In this document: positions 49,894 through 59,764 of the stretch, piece by piece | Layout: each line of letters begins with the position of its first letter | How positions within the stretch are numbered: position 1 is the first letter of the stretch | NCBI GenBank assembly: GCA_965208835.1 | Contig: OZ242358.1 | Location: forward strand, 1,504,001-1,568,000 | From: Candidatus Latescibacterota bacterium | Lineage (GTDB): Bacteria; Latescibacterota; UBA2968; GCA-2709665 | Length of the DNA stretch: 64,000 nt | Direction of reading: 5' to 3' | Notes under the pieces: generated by a model | The model's database searches: none | Told to the model about the DNA's origin: nothing | What the model saw: the letters and a program-made list of their open reading frames with translations, nothing else | Made by a program: the position numbers and the translations under genes

Positions 49894-52248
49894 ATGAGAA
49901 TGGAACCGAACGCAGTAATTCAGGAACCGGAAGACAGACCGGATCTGATGAATCAGGTCTGCGGTGTATTGCTGTTCGCGGTTGCGCTGTTAATGGCGGT
50001 AAGCCTGGTTTCGCATTCGCCGCAGGATCCACCGAATTCGGGTCGCGCGCCGGAACTGACGGAAAACTGGGCAGGGTGGATCGGCAGCCAGATCTCCTAC
50101 TATCTCCTGTTCGCGGTCGGCCACGGCGCTTACGTACTTACGGCCATCGTGCTGATGTGGGGCTGGAATCGCTTCAGAGAACAACCGGCCCTGCCTCTGG
50201 TCTCCCGAAGCCTGGCATTGCTGGCCCTGGTGGTGGTTTATTGCGCCGCGGCGTGTGTGCCTTCACGAGGAGAGACCCATCTGTCATTTCTGATGGGCGG
50301 GTGGCTGGGCGTTACCCTTGCAGGCAGTGTCCTGGTCCCGTATCTGGGCTTTGTCGGGTCGTACATACTTTTGTGCGCACTGTTTGTGATTTTCTTCATG
50401 GTCCTTACACACCTGCCTTTTTCCCGAATTCCGGAACTGTGGAGGGCGGGGGCAAAGCGAAATCCGACACACATCTCCGGCGGGTCCACTCCCGGACTGC
50501 TTGAACAGCCGCAGACCGCGGAGACGCCTGTTCCGGCGCCTGCGGAACCCGACCAGCCGGAAGAAGAGAAGGAATCCGGGAACCATGACGAATCCGTCCT
50601 GGCCGTTGAACCGGGCGACGCCATTCCCGAGTCCTTTCCACTGTACGAAGACGACGTGGATGAGCCTGAAGAGCAACCGGCGGTTTCGCTCGACCCCGAC
50701 ATCGTATCGGATCCTGTGGAGATATCCAGGTCGACCGGACTGAAGCCGAAGGTGGAAGCGCCGGGAGGCGGGGACGTCCAATACCGGTTGCCGGACCTGG
50801 AACTGCTCAACGAGCCCACGCAACGGGAAGAGGGGCCGGACCGGTCGGTACTGCTGGAAGGAGCGCAGACCCTCGAGCATAGCCTCAGCAGTTTTGGCAT
50901 CGAAGGCAAGGTAGTACAGGTTAATCCGGGTCCTGTCATTACCGGATACGAGGTACAGCCGCCCCGCGGGGTCAAGGTGAACCGGATCGTCAATCTTTCG
51001 GACGACCTCGCTCTGGTGATGAAAGCGCGAAGCATCCGGATCCAGGCGCCGATTCCCGGCAAAGCCGCCGTCGGCATCGAAGTCCCTAACGCAAACCCCT
51101 CAACCGTCTTCCTGCGGGAGATACTCGAATCCGACGCCTTTCAGGACGCCGACGACAAGCTGATGCTGGCGCTGGGCAAGTCCGCCACCGGAGAATCCGT
51201 CTGCACCAACCTGGCGTCCATGCCGCACCTGTTGATCGCGGGCGCGACGGGCAGCGGGAAGTCGGTATGCGTCAACGGGCTCATAACCAGCATACTCATG
51301 CGGTGCAGCCCGGAAGAGGTGCGTTTCATCATGGTGGACCCGAAAATGCTGGAGCTGTCGATCTACAACAACATTCCGCACCTGCTGGCGCCGGTAGTCA
51401 CGGAACCCCAGAAGGCCTCCGAAGCCTTGAGGTGGGCCGTGGCGGAGATGGAAGACCGTTATCGAAATCTTGCGCAGTACAACGTCAGGAACATCACGGA
51501 CTTTAACGACAAACTGGAGAAGATGCGCGAGGAGGCGGCATCGGAGGACGACCGCCGTGAAATCCCCCACCTCCTGCCCTACATCGTGGTTGTGGTCGAC
51601 GAACTCGCCGACCTGATGATGACGGCGCCCGCGGATATCGAGGATTCGCTGGCGCGGCTGGCGCAGATGGCGCGCGCGGTAGGCATCCATCTGATCCTGG
51701 CGACGCAGCGGCCGTCGGTAAACGTTATTACTGGCACGATCAAGGCGAACTTTCCTTCCCGTATCGCGTTTCGAGTCGCGTCGAAAGTGGATTCACGTAC
51801 AATTCTGGATTGCAACGGCGCCGAGAAGCTTCTGGGCCGTGGCGATATGCTGTTCATGCCTGCGGGCAAGCCGGAACCCGTGCGCGTCCACGGCGCGAAC
51901 ATGACCACCGAGGAGACCGAGCGCCTGGTGGAATGGGTAAGCGGCCAGGGCGTGGAAATGGAGCAGCTGGACCTGGGCGTGGACGAAAACGAGCGGATGC
52001 TCGCCGAGGGGGCCCGCGACAAACGTTTCGACGAAGCGCTTCGACTGGTCGTTACTCACCAGCAGGGGTCGGCGTCGCTGCTTCAGCGCCGTATGAAAGT
52101 GGGATACGCACGGGCCGCGCGCCTTGTAGACGAACTGGAGCAGGCTGGAATCGTCGGCCCGTCGGACGGCAGCAGCAAGGGTCGGGAGGTGCTGGTTGGC
52201 ATCGAGTATCTCGACCGGTACGGAGAGGATGAGCCTGATGCATTGTGA
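49894..52248 (+). CDS. ftsK: DNA translocase FtsK
   Basis: N-terminal TMs, PHLLIAGATGSGKS, VDPKMLEL, ATQRPSV, gamma domain. Start approximate. Confidence 0.96.
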   Translation: MRMEPNAVIQEPEDRPDLMNQVCGVLLFAVALLMAVSLVSHSPQDPPNSGRAPELTENWAGWIGSQISYYLLFAVGHGAYVLTAIVLMWGWNRFREQPALPLVSRSLALLALVVVYCAAACVPSRGETHLSFLMGGWLGVTLAGSVLVPYLGFVGSYILLCALFVIFFMVLTHLPFSRIPELWRAGAKRNPTHISGGSTPGLLEQPQTAETPVPAPAEPDQPEEEKESGNHDESVLAVEPGDAIPESFPLYEDDVDEPEEQPAVSLDPDIVSDPVEISRSTGLKPKVEAPGGGDVQYRLPDLELLNEPTQREEGPDRSVLLEGAQTLEHSLSSFGIEGKVVQVNPGPVITGYEVQPPRGVKVNRIVNLSDDLALVMKARSIRIQAPIPGKAAVGIEVPNANPSTVFLREILESDAFQDADDKLMLALGKSATGESVCTNLASMPHLLIAGATGSGKSVCVNGLITSILMRCSPEEVRFIMVDPKMLELSIYNNIPHLLAPVVTEPQKASEALRWAVAEMEDRYRNLAQYNVRNITDFNDKLEKMREEAASEDDRREIPHLLPYIVVVVDELADLMMTAPADIEDSLARLAQMARAVGIHLILATQRPSVNVITGTIKANFPSRIAFRVASKVDSRTILDCNGAEKLLGRGDMLFMPAGKPEPVRVHGANMTTEETERLVEWVSGQGVEMEQLDLGVDENERMLAEGARDKRFDEALRLVVTHQQGSASLLQRRMKVGYARAARLVDELEQAGIVGPSDGSSKGREVLVGIEYLDRYGEDEPDAL

Positions 52249-52317
52249 ACGCCAGACAGAAAACGGCGACCTGCGCAATTTGACGCCTGGGCTCCCATTG
52301 CCGGCAGTTTACACGAG

Positions 52318-52986
52318 GTGAAGCGCATGGCCGCCGTACGGCTCAAATTGCTGTTGTTCGCGGGCGCGCTCCTGATGCCGGCGGACGTGCCGGGCATCGA
52401 CGGGCGGGAGGTGATTCGCCGTCAGCAGCAGCGGTACGAAAGGCTCACGAGTATTTCCGCCCGGTTCACGAAATCCCACTATTGGAAACTCGTGGACCAG
52501 AAGACACAACTGAGCGGTAACCTTCACGTGGAAAAACCGAATCGGTTCCGTTTCGAGACGCGGGTGCAGACGGTGGTGTCGGATGGAGAACGCGCCTGGA
52601 ACTACACACCCGAGAACGAACAGGTTCTGCTGAGTAGCTACGACCGGGCGAAGGGCGACAGGAGCTACGAAAAACTGCTCTTCGACCTCATTCTTCTGGG
52701 AGGATACGAAGACCGCTACGACCCCAGGCTCGCCGGAGAAGAAAGAGTGGACGGCAAGCGATGTTACCGCGTGGAATTGACGGCCCGTGAGGAGGAGAGC
52801 TATATTGCCCGCGTCCGGTTGTGGGTGGACAGAAAGCTCTGGCTGGTCCGCCGTGCGGAATATCTGAATCTGAACGAAGATGTAACCACCTACGATATTT
52901 CCCGCTTGAAAGTGGACGCGAAACTGAAGCCGGAACTGTTCACGTTCGTGCCGCCGGACGGCGTCGAGGTAATTGACCTCAGGTGA
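52318..52986 (+). CDS. lolA: Outer-membrane lipoprotein carrier
   Basis: KPNRFRFE, VVSDGERAWNY, FTFVPPDGVEVIDLR. Lies downstream of ftsK. Confidence 0.85.
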   Translation: MKRMAAVRLKLLLFAGALLMPADVPGIDGREVIRRQQQRYERLTSISARFTKSHYWKLVDQKTQLSGNLHVEKPNRFRFETRVQTVVSDGERAWNYTPENEQVLLSSYDRAKGDRSYEKLLFDLILLGGYEDRYDPRLAGEERVDGKRCYRVELTAREEESYIARVRLWVDRKLWLVRRAEYLNLNEDVTTYDISRLKVDAKLKPELFTFVPPDGVEVIDLR

Positions 52987-53158
52987 CTCCGGCGCCGGCA
53001 GGGACGAATGGGGCTTTGGTTGGCCGCCCAGGAACCGGCGGCGTCGAACGCATCGGGAAATTTGAAACAGTTGTCACGCCCCTTCGGGGCACCCATATTA
53101 CCGGGAGCAGTAAATAGATGACATCTATTGCGCCTGCTACAGTGGAAGGAACGTGCCC

Positions 53159-53246
53159 AAACGTGGACGCTGAGCTTGTCGAAGCGCCCGCGTTTCGGCA
53201 CCCTTTTTCCTTCGCCGACCCTTCGACAGGCTCAGGGAGCGGCTCA
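53159..53246. repeat. REP/REPIN-like element, second copy
   Basis: TGAGCTTGTCGAAG...CTTCGACAGGCTCA with flanks homologous to 8681-8770. Confidence 0.75.
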
Positions 53247-53389
53247 GGGTACCCGGTCAACAATGTTGTGAAAGAAAGGTAAACTGTCGGGTGTTCCCCG
53301 TAAATACAATGAGAATCGTCGCATTGCCAGGCTGACGTCCTGCATTGTATTCTTCGCCGCTTGCGGCAGTTGATTTCAGCTACCGAATC

Positions 53390-53490
53390 TTCGTAGTCTC
53401 GCTTTTTCGTAGTTTCGTCTCTTCGTAGTTTCGTTCTTTCGTAGTTTCGTCTATTCGTAGTTTCGTTTATTCGTCTTTTCGTTTCTTCGT
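53390..53490 (+). repeat. Octamer array (TTCGTNNN)n upstream of prfB
   Basis: About 12 degenerate 8-bp units ending at the prfB RBS. Related to 59722-59753. Confidence 0.85.
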
Positions 53491-53506
53491 AAAGGAGTTG
53501 GCGTAT

Positions 53507-54623
53507 ATGGCAGTCGATATACAATTCACCGATCTGAAATCCGGATTGGCGGCGTGCCGCGACCGGCTGGACAATCTCCGGAGGTATCTTTGACCTGGGA
53601 TCCCGGGAGACCCGCATCGCCGAACTGCAGGGGTTGATGGAGCGTCCCGGTTTCTGGGACGACAGGGAGCGGGCCAGGCAGATCATCGATGAAGTGAACG
53701 GCCATAAGGACTGGGTAACCGGCTGGCGGGACCTGGACGAGCGCCTTCTGGAACTGGAGGAGTTGTACGAACTTGCCAGGGAAGAGCAGGACGACGAGAC
53801 CCTGCGGGATCTGCAGCGGGAACAGAGGGCGCTGGGCCGATCGCTTGAGGAGCTCGAATTCCGGCACATGATGGGCGATAAGGAAGATCGCCTCAATGCC
53901 ATTCTGACGATTCATCCCGGCGCGGGCGGTACGGAATCTGCCGACTGGGCGCAGATGATGATGAGGATGTACACCCGATGGGCCGAACGCCGCGGGTTCC
54001 AGGCGGACGTACTGGACCTGCTTCCAGGTGAGACGGCGGGCATCAAGAGCGTGGCGATTGAAATGAAGGGAGAGTACGCGTACGGTTACCTCAAGTCCGA
54101 AATGGGCGTGCATCGGCTGGTGCGGCTGTCTCCTTTCGATTCCGGCAGCAGGCGCCACACGTCGTTCGCTTCGGTTTCGGTGTACCCCGAAGCGGAGGGC
54201 GACATCGAGGTGGAGATCCAGCCGGAGGATATACGCGTGGATACCTACCGGTCGAGTGGTGCGGGCGGGCAGCACGTAAACAAGACCGACTCGGCCGTGC
54301 GGATTACGCACCATCCCACGGGCATCGTGGTTCAGTGTCAGAACGAACGATCACAGCACAAGAATCGAAACTCGGCGATGAAGATCCTCAAAGCCAGGCT
54401 GTACCAGCTATACAAGGAAGAGGAAGAGAAAGCCCGCGCGAAGATCGAAAAGGACAAGAAGAAGATCGAGTTCGGCAGCCAGGTCCGCAACTACGTGCTC
54501 CATCCCTATCAGCTCGTCAAAGACCTTCGGACCGAGTACGAGACTTCCGGTGTTCAGGACGTGATGGACGGGGACCTGGACGGATTCATGCGGGCCTTTC
54601 TGGAGCGGAAAGGGGAGGCGTAA
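53507..54623 (+). CDS. prfB: Peptide chain release factor 2 with programmed +1 frameshift
   Basis: 28 codons, then GGAGG TAT CTT TGA C (53580-53594). The +1 frame continues into the ORF carrying SPF and GGQ. Confidence 0.96.
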
Positions 54624-54640
54624 CCGCGGGGGCAAAGGGC

Positions 54641-54669
54641 TTGACTTAACTTTTCGTATTGATTATACT
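54641..54669 (+). promoter_or_regulatory. Sigma70-type promoter of lysS
   Basis: TTGACT-17 bp-TATACT. Confidence 0.6.
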
Positions 54670-54756
54670 ATTTTTATTGTATAACCCGGCCGCTGCCGGC
54701 AAATGATCAACCGGTTATTTTTTAAAACAGCTTTATCTATTGCGGGAGGAATCCGT

Positions 54757-56301
54757 TTGGCTCAGGAAGGGGCGTCTTCCGCCCCGGAAACGCAACTGGT
54801 TACCCAGCGACTTCAGAAGCTGGACTCGATTCGGGAAATGGGCGTGGAGCCGTTTCCCTATCGGTTCGAAGTGACCCATCGTTCCGGGGAAATCAGGGAG
54901 ACGTTTCAGGCGCTCGAGGCGGAAGGGCGGGAAGTGTCGGTGGCAGGGCGACTCATGGCCAGAAGGGACCACGGCAAGTCGGCCTTTGCAGACCTTCTGG
55001 ACGAAACGGGCCGGATTCAGATCTACGTCAGACGGGATGCGGTGGGTGAAAAGGCATTCGATCTTTGGAAATTGCTCGACATTGGAGATTTCGTCGGGAT
55101 CGGCGGCCAGGTATTCCGGACCCGTACGGGCGAGATGACGGTGAAGGCGAACGCCCTGGAAATGCTTTCCAAGGCCGTCCGACCGCTGCCGGTACCCAAG
55201 GAAGAGGTTAAAGACGGACAGCGGGTTGTCCACGATGCCTTTGCCGACCCCGAACTGCGATACCGGCGCCGATACCTTGACCTGACGCTGAATCCCGAAG
55301 TGAAGGACGTATTTCGCAAGCGGACGGCGACCTTTACCGCCATTCGCGATTTTTTTGACGCTCGCGGGTTCCTGGAGGCCGACACGCCGGTGTTGCAGCC
55401 GCTCTATGGCGGCGCCTCCGCCCGTCCCTTTACGACTCATCACAACGCGCTCGATATGAGGCTCTATCTGCGGATCTCGAATGAGCTCTATCTGAAGCGA
55501 CTTATTGTGGGCGGATTCGAAAGGGTTTACGAATTCAGCCGGGATTTTCGAAACGAAGGAATCGACCGCACGCACAATCCCGAATTCACCATGCTGGAGG
55601 CCTATCAGGCATACGCCGACTATACCGACATGATGGAGCTGACCGAGTCGCTGTTCGCCTCGGTCGCCGAATCGGTTACGGGGGCCAGCACGGTTGTCTA
55701 TCAGGGGACGGAGATTAATCTTGGCCCGCCATGGCGGCGGATGACCCTTCTGGACGCCATCAGGGCATACGGCGGCTTCGACGTCGCCGGCGCTTCCGTG
55801 GAGGAATTGAAAGAAATCTGCGGGGAACTGGATCTCGAGGTGGATGACGGTGCGCGGCGCGGGCATCTGATGGATGAGATATTCGAGGCGGTCGTTCAGC
55901 CCAACCTGATACAACCCACGTTCATAACGGACTATCCCGTGGAGATGTCGCCGCTGGCCAAGCGGCACAGGGAAAATCCGGAACTCACGGAACGGTTCGA
56001 GCCGTTCATCTGCGGATGGGAAGCGGCCAACGCGTTTTCCGAACTCAACGATCCGATAGACCAGCGGAAACGCTTCGAACACCAGGCCTCCCTGAGGGAG
56101 AGCGGGGATGAAGAAGCGCAGGTCCTCGACGAAGACTTCCTGCGGGCAATGGAATATGGCATGCCGCCTACAGGCGGGATGGGTTTCGGCGTGGACAGGC
56201 TTGTGATGCTCTTGACCGACGCACGTTCGATCCGGGACGTCATTCTTTTTCCGCATATGCGGCCCGAGGAGGGCCGTACGGAGACGCCAGGCGATGCGTA
56301 G
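54757..56301 (+). CDS. lysS: Lysine--tRNA ligase (class II)
   Basis: RYRRRYLDL, FRNEGIDRTHNPEF, GMPPTGGMGFGVDRL. TTG start after GGAGGA. Confidence 0.97.
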   Translation: MAQEGASSAPETQLVTQRLQKLDSIREMGVEPFPYRFEVTHRSGEIRETFQALEAEGREVSVAGRLMARRDHGKSAFADLLDETGRIQIYVRRDAVGEKAFDLWKLLDIGDFVGIGGQVFRTRTGEMTVKANALEMLSKAVRPLPVPKEEVKDGQRVVHDAFADPELRYRRRYLDLTLNPEVKDVFRKRTATFTAIRDFFDARGFLEADTPVLQPLYGGASARPFTTHHNALDMRLYLRISNELYLKRLIVGGFERVYEFSRDFRNEGIDRTHNPEFTMLEAYQAYADYTDMMELTESLFASVAESVTGASTVVYQGTEINLGPPWRRMTLLDAIRAYGGFDVAGASVEELKEICGELDLEVDDGARRGHLMDEIFEAVVQPNLIQPTFITDYPVEMSPLAKRHRENPELTERFEPFICGWEAANAFSELNDPIDQRKRFEHQASLRESGDEEAQVLDEDFLRAMEYGMPPTGGMGFGVDRLVMLLTDARSIRDVILFPHMRPEEGRTETPGDA

Positions 56302-56974
56302 CCTGCTGGAGGCTGCGGATCTGGTCAAGCAGTACCGCGTCGGCCGTTCCGAAATACGGGTACTCAAGGGCGTCGCCCTCTCCGTTGCGCATGGCGAGGT
56401 GGTCGCGGTTGTCGGTCCTTCGGGTGTCGGGAAGAGTACCTTGTTACACATACTGGGCGGGCTGGATCGCCCAACCAGCGGAACGGTTCGTGTCGACGGC
56501 AACGATATCTTCGCGCTTTCGGATACGGAGCGGGCGCGGTTCCGAAACGAATCTGTGGGTTTTGTCTTTCAGTTTCACCATTTGTTGAACGACTTTACCG
56601 CGGAAGAAAACGTGATGCTGCCCCTGATGATTCAGGGGCGCCCGGTCACCGAAGCGCAGGCGGCGGCCGAGGAACTGTTGGATGCCGTTGGGCTCTCCGG
56701 GCGCCGCGCTCATCTGCCTTCGGAACTGTCAGGCGGAGAATCCCAACGCGTGGCCGTGGCTCGGGCGCTCGTGGGGCGGCCGAAGCTGGTTCTGGCTGAC
56801 GAGCCTTCCGGCAACCTGGACGCGGAACACAGCAGGGAATTGCACGATCTGATCTGGAGGCTTGCGGGCAGTCTGAAACAGACCTTTGTCATTGCCACGC
56901 ACGACCAGACGCTGGCTGCACGAGCGGATCGGATTATCGGGATGGAAGACGGAAGAATCGTTCGCGACGACTGA
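56294..56974 (+). CDS. lolD: Lipoprotein-releasing ABC ATP-binding protein
   Basis: GPSGVGKST, GFVFQFHHLL, LSGGESQR, DEPSGNLD. Conserved position after lysS. Confidence 0.85.
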   Translation: MRSLLEAADLVKQYRVGRSEIRVLKGVALSVAHGEVVAVVGPSGVGKSTLLHILGGLDRPTSGTVRVDGNDIFALSDTERARFRNESVGFVFQFHHLLNDFTAEENVMLPLMIQGRPVTEAQAAAEELLDAVGLSGRRAHLPSELSGGESQRVAVARALVGRPKLVLADEPSGNLDAEHSRELHDLIWRLAGSLKQTFVIATHDQTLAARADRIIGMEDGRIVRDD

Positions 56975-57044
56975 TGCCCGGCCTCGCGGGCAGTTGAGAG
57001 GTGGCTTACGGGCCAGGCATGAGGGTCCAGAGGAGACGAATCCC

Positions 57045-59510
57045 ATGAATAGCAGGTTTTCGGATCGGGTGAAGCGGGTGATGCGGCTCGTCCGCGAGGA
57101 GGCGGCCCGGCTGGGTAACAACCACATAAGCAGCGAGCACCTTTTGCTCGGCATTATCCGGGAGGGAAAGGGTTCGGCCGTAAACGTGATGTTGAATCTG
57201 GGATTGAACCTGGACAAGATCAAGCAGTCGATCGATGACTATGTCGCGTATTCGGGCGGGTCAATGACGATGGGAGACGTGCCCTTCACGCCGCGAGCAA
57301 AACAGATTCTCGAAATAGCGGCGGCCGAAGCCAAAGAGATGAAGAGCCAATCGGTCCGGACCTGTCATCTGCTTGTGGCGCTGGTGAAGGACAAGGAGAC
57401 AATCGCCGCGCAGATTCTCGTGGGGTTTGGCGTCGACTACAAGACCGTGAAGGAGGAGGTGATTGCTGTTTTGCAAGGGAAACCGACGGGTAAACGGGAA
57501 AAGAAGAAGAGCAAGACCCCCTATCTGGATCACTTCGGACGCGACCTGACCGAACTGGCGCGCGAGGGCAAGCTGGATCCGGTCATTGGACGTGAGCGGG
57601 AGATCGAACGCGTGTCCCAGGTGCTCAGCCGGCGGAAGAAGAACAACCCGGTACTGATCGGCGAACCCGGGGTGGGGAAAACGGCGATCGTCGAAGGACT
57701 TGCCCAGCGCATCGTGGAGCGGCGGGTGCCGCAGTTGCTGGCCGACAAGCGCATGGTCACGCTGGACATGGGCGGGATGGTAGCTGGTACGAAGTACCGC
57801 GGACAGTTCGAGGAGCGCATCAAGGCGGTCATGAACGAACTCCAGCAAAGCCAGGACGTCATCATCTTCATCGACGAGCTGCACACGATCGTAGGCGCCG
57901 GAAGCGCCGAGGGAACGCTTGACGCCTCCAATATGTTCAAACCCGCTTTTTCGAGAGGCGAACTTCAGTGCATCGGTGCGACGACCCTCGACGAATACCG
58001 CAAATACATCGAAAAGGACGGCGCGCTGGAACGACGTTTTCAGACCATACTGGTCGATTCGCCGTCGGTCGATGACGCAATCGATATCCTGAAGGGGTTG
58101 AAGGAGAAATTCGAAGCCCACCATCTGGTCACCTATACGGAGGACGCCGTTGTGAGCGCCGTCCGCATGGCCGACCGGTATATCAGTGATCGTCACCTCC
58201 CGGACAAGGCAATAGACGTGATCGACGAAACGGGTTCCCGCGTTCGCCTGGGCCGGTTGAATCCGCCTGAGGAAATCAAGACGCTCGAACTCGAAATTGA
58301 GGACATAACGCGGCAGAAGAATGCCGCCGCAAACAGCCAGCAGTTCGAAGAGGCGGCAAAACTCAGAGACCAGGAGCGGAAGCTCAAGGAACAGGTCGAC
58401 GAAATGCGCCAGGAGTGGGAGCAGAAGGTCCGTGACGAGGTGGTGGAGGTGACCGAGCAGAATATCGCGGAAGTGATTTCCAGTATGACGGGTATTCCCG
58501 CGTTCCGGCTGGCACAGGAGGAATCGGAAAAGCTGCTGCGCATGGGCGAGAAGGTGAAGAGCCGCGTGGTCGGTCAGGACGAGGCGGTTGATATCGTCTG
58601 CCGCTCCATTCGCCGAACGCGGGCGGGTTTGAAAGACCCGAATCGTCCCATCGGCACGTTTCTGTTTCTGGGACCCACTGGCGTGGGCAAGACCTATCTG
58701 GCGCAGGCGCTGGCCAGGTACCTGTTCGATGACGAGGATGCGCTCATCACGGTGGACATGTCCGAGTACATGGAGAAGTTCGCGGTTTCCCGGCTTATCG
58801 GCGCGCCGCCCGGATACGTGGGCTACGACGAGGGCGGCCAGCTAACCGAGAAGGTGCGTAGAAAGCCCTACTCGGTGGTTCTGCTCGACGAGATTGAGAA
58901 AGCCCATCCAGACGTGTTCAACCTGCTTCTGCAGGTTCTGGATGAGGGGCGTCTGACCGACAGCTTCGGCCGGAAGGTCAATTTCAGGAATACCATATTG
59001 ATCATGACGTCCAATCTGGGCACGCGTGACCTGGCCAAGGCCGGAGGGCTCGGCTTCAAGCGGTCCGACAAAAAGAGCATTCGAGAAAAAATGGTGGAGC
59101 GAGTCGAGGAGGAACTGAAAAAGACGTTCAATCCGGAGTTTTTGAACAGGCTGGACGAAACGGTGGTCTTCAATCCCCTCGAACGGAGAGAGATTGTCCA
59201 GATCGTGGATCTCGAAATTGCCGAGATATTCGATCGCCTCAAGGAGCGGGATATCGGGATCAGTCTCACGCCGGGCGCCAAGGCGCTTCTGGCGGAAAAG
59301 GGGTACGACCCCACCTACGGCGCTCGTCAGCTGAAGCGTACCATCCAGAAGCTTGTGGAAGATCCAATGGCGGAAGAGATACTGCAGGGCAAATACACCG
59401 CCGGTAGTGAAGTGCGCGTCAGCAAGAAGGGCGACGGGCTCCAATTTGTGGATGCCAACGCGGTTACCGCCGCCGCCAAGGAGGTGGTGGACCGTGTTTC
59501 GGAGGAGTAA
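57045..59510 (+). CDS. clpC: ATP-dependent Clp protease ATPase subunit
   Basis: Clp N-domain, [11 protein letters not shown]-like M domain ([11 protein letters not shown]), [12 protein letters not shown] loop. Confidence 0.95.
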   Translation: MNSRFSDRVKRVMRLVREEAARLGNNHISSEHLLLGIIREGKGSAVNVMLNLGLNLDKIKQSIDDYVAYSGGSMTMGDVPFTPRAKQILEIAAAEAKEMKSQSVRTCHLLVALVKDKETIAAQILVGFGVDYKTVKEEVIAVLQGKPTGKREKKKSKTPYLDHFGRDLTELAREGKLDPVIGREREIERVSQVLSRRKKNNPVLIGEPGVGKTAIVEGLAQRIVERRVPQLLADKRMVTLDMGGMVAGTKYRGQFEERIKAVMNELQQSQDVIIFIDELHTIVGAGSAEGTLDASNMFKPAFSRGELQCIGATTLDEYRKYIEKDGALERRFQTILVDSPSVDDAIDILKGLKEKFEAHHLVTYTEDAVVSAVRMADRYISDRHLPDKAIDVIDETGSRVRLGRLNPPEEIKTLELEIEDITRQKNAAANSQQFEEAAKLRDQERKLKEQVDEMRQEWEQKVRDEVVEVTEQNIAEVISSMTGIPAFRLAQEESEKLLRMGEKVKSRVVGQDEAVDIVCRSIRRTRAGLKDPNRPIGTFLFLGPTGVGKTYLAQALARYLFDDEDALITVDMSEYMEKFAVSRLIGAPPGYVGYDEGGQLTEKVRRKPYSVVLLDEIEKAHPDVFNLLLQVLDEGRLTDSFGRKVNFRNTILIMTSNLGTRDLAKAGGLGFKRSDKKSIREKMVERVEEELKKTFNPEFLNRLDETVVFNPLERREIVQIVDLEIAEIFDRLKERDIGISLTPGAKALLAEKGYDPTYGARQLKRTIQKLVEDPMAEEILQGKYTAGSEVRVSKKGDGLQFVDANAVTAAAKEVVDRVSEE

Positions 59511-59721
59511 AAACAGCTGGTTTTACTGCTATCATAATCAATTGGGTCCGGATGTACTGCCGGGCCCAATTTTGCAGTACAGGCCTGGAGACCCTTGTTC
59601 TGTCCCGGAAGCATATCACCAATAGTCCGCGCCAGAACACTAGCAGGAACTTTTGTTGTGACGGGGCGTTTGTTCGATTGTGGCAGTTGAATTCAGCCAC
59701 GGATTCTTCTTTTTTATCTTA

Positions 59722-59753
59722 AGTCTCGTAGTCTCGTAGTCTCGTAGTCTCGC
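59722..59753 (+). repeat. Octamer array (AGTCTCGT)x4 upstream of bamA
   Basis: Three exact units plus one variant. Shares TCGTAGTCTCGCTTTT with 53391-53406. Confidence 0.85.
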
Positions 59754-59764
59754 TTTTCGGACTG

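Noticed and set aside
53507-53633. prfB pseudogene or sequencing error
   Set aside because: It matches the canonical programmed frameshift site.
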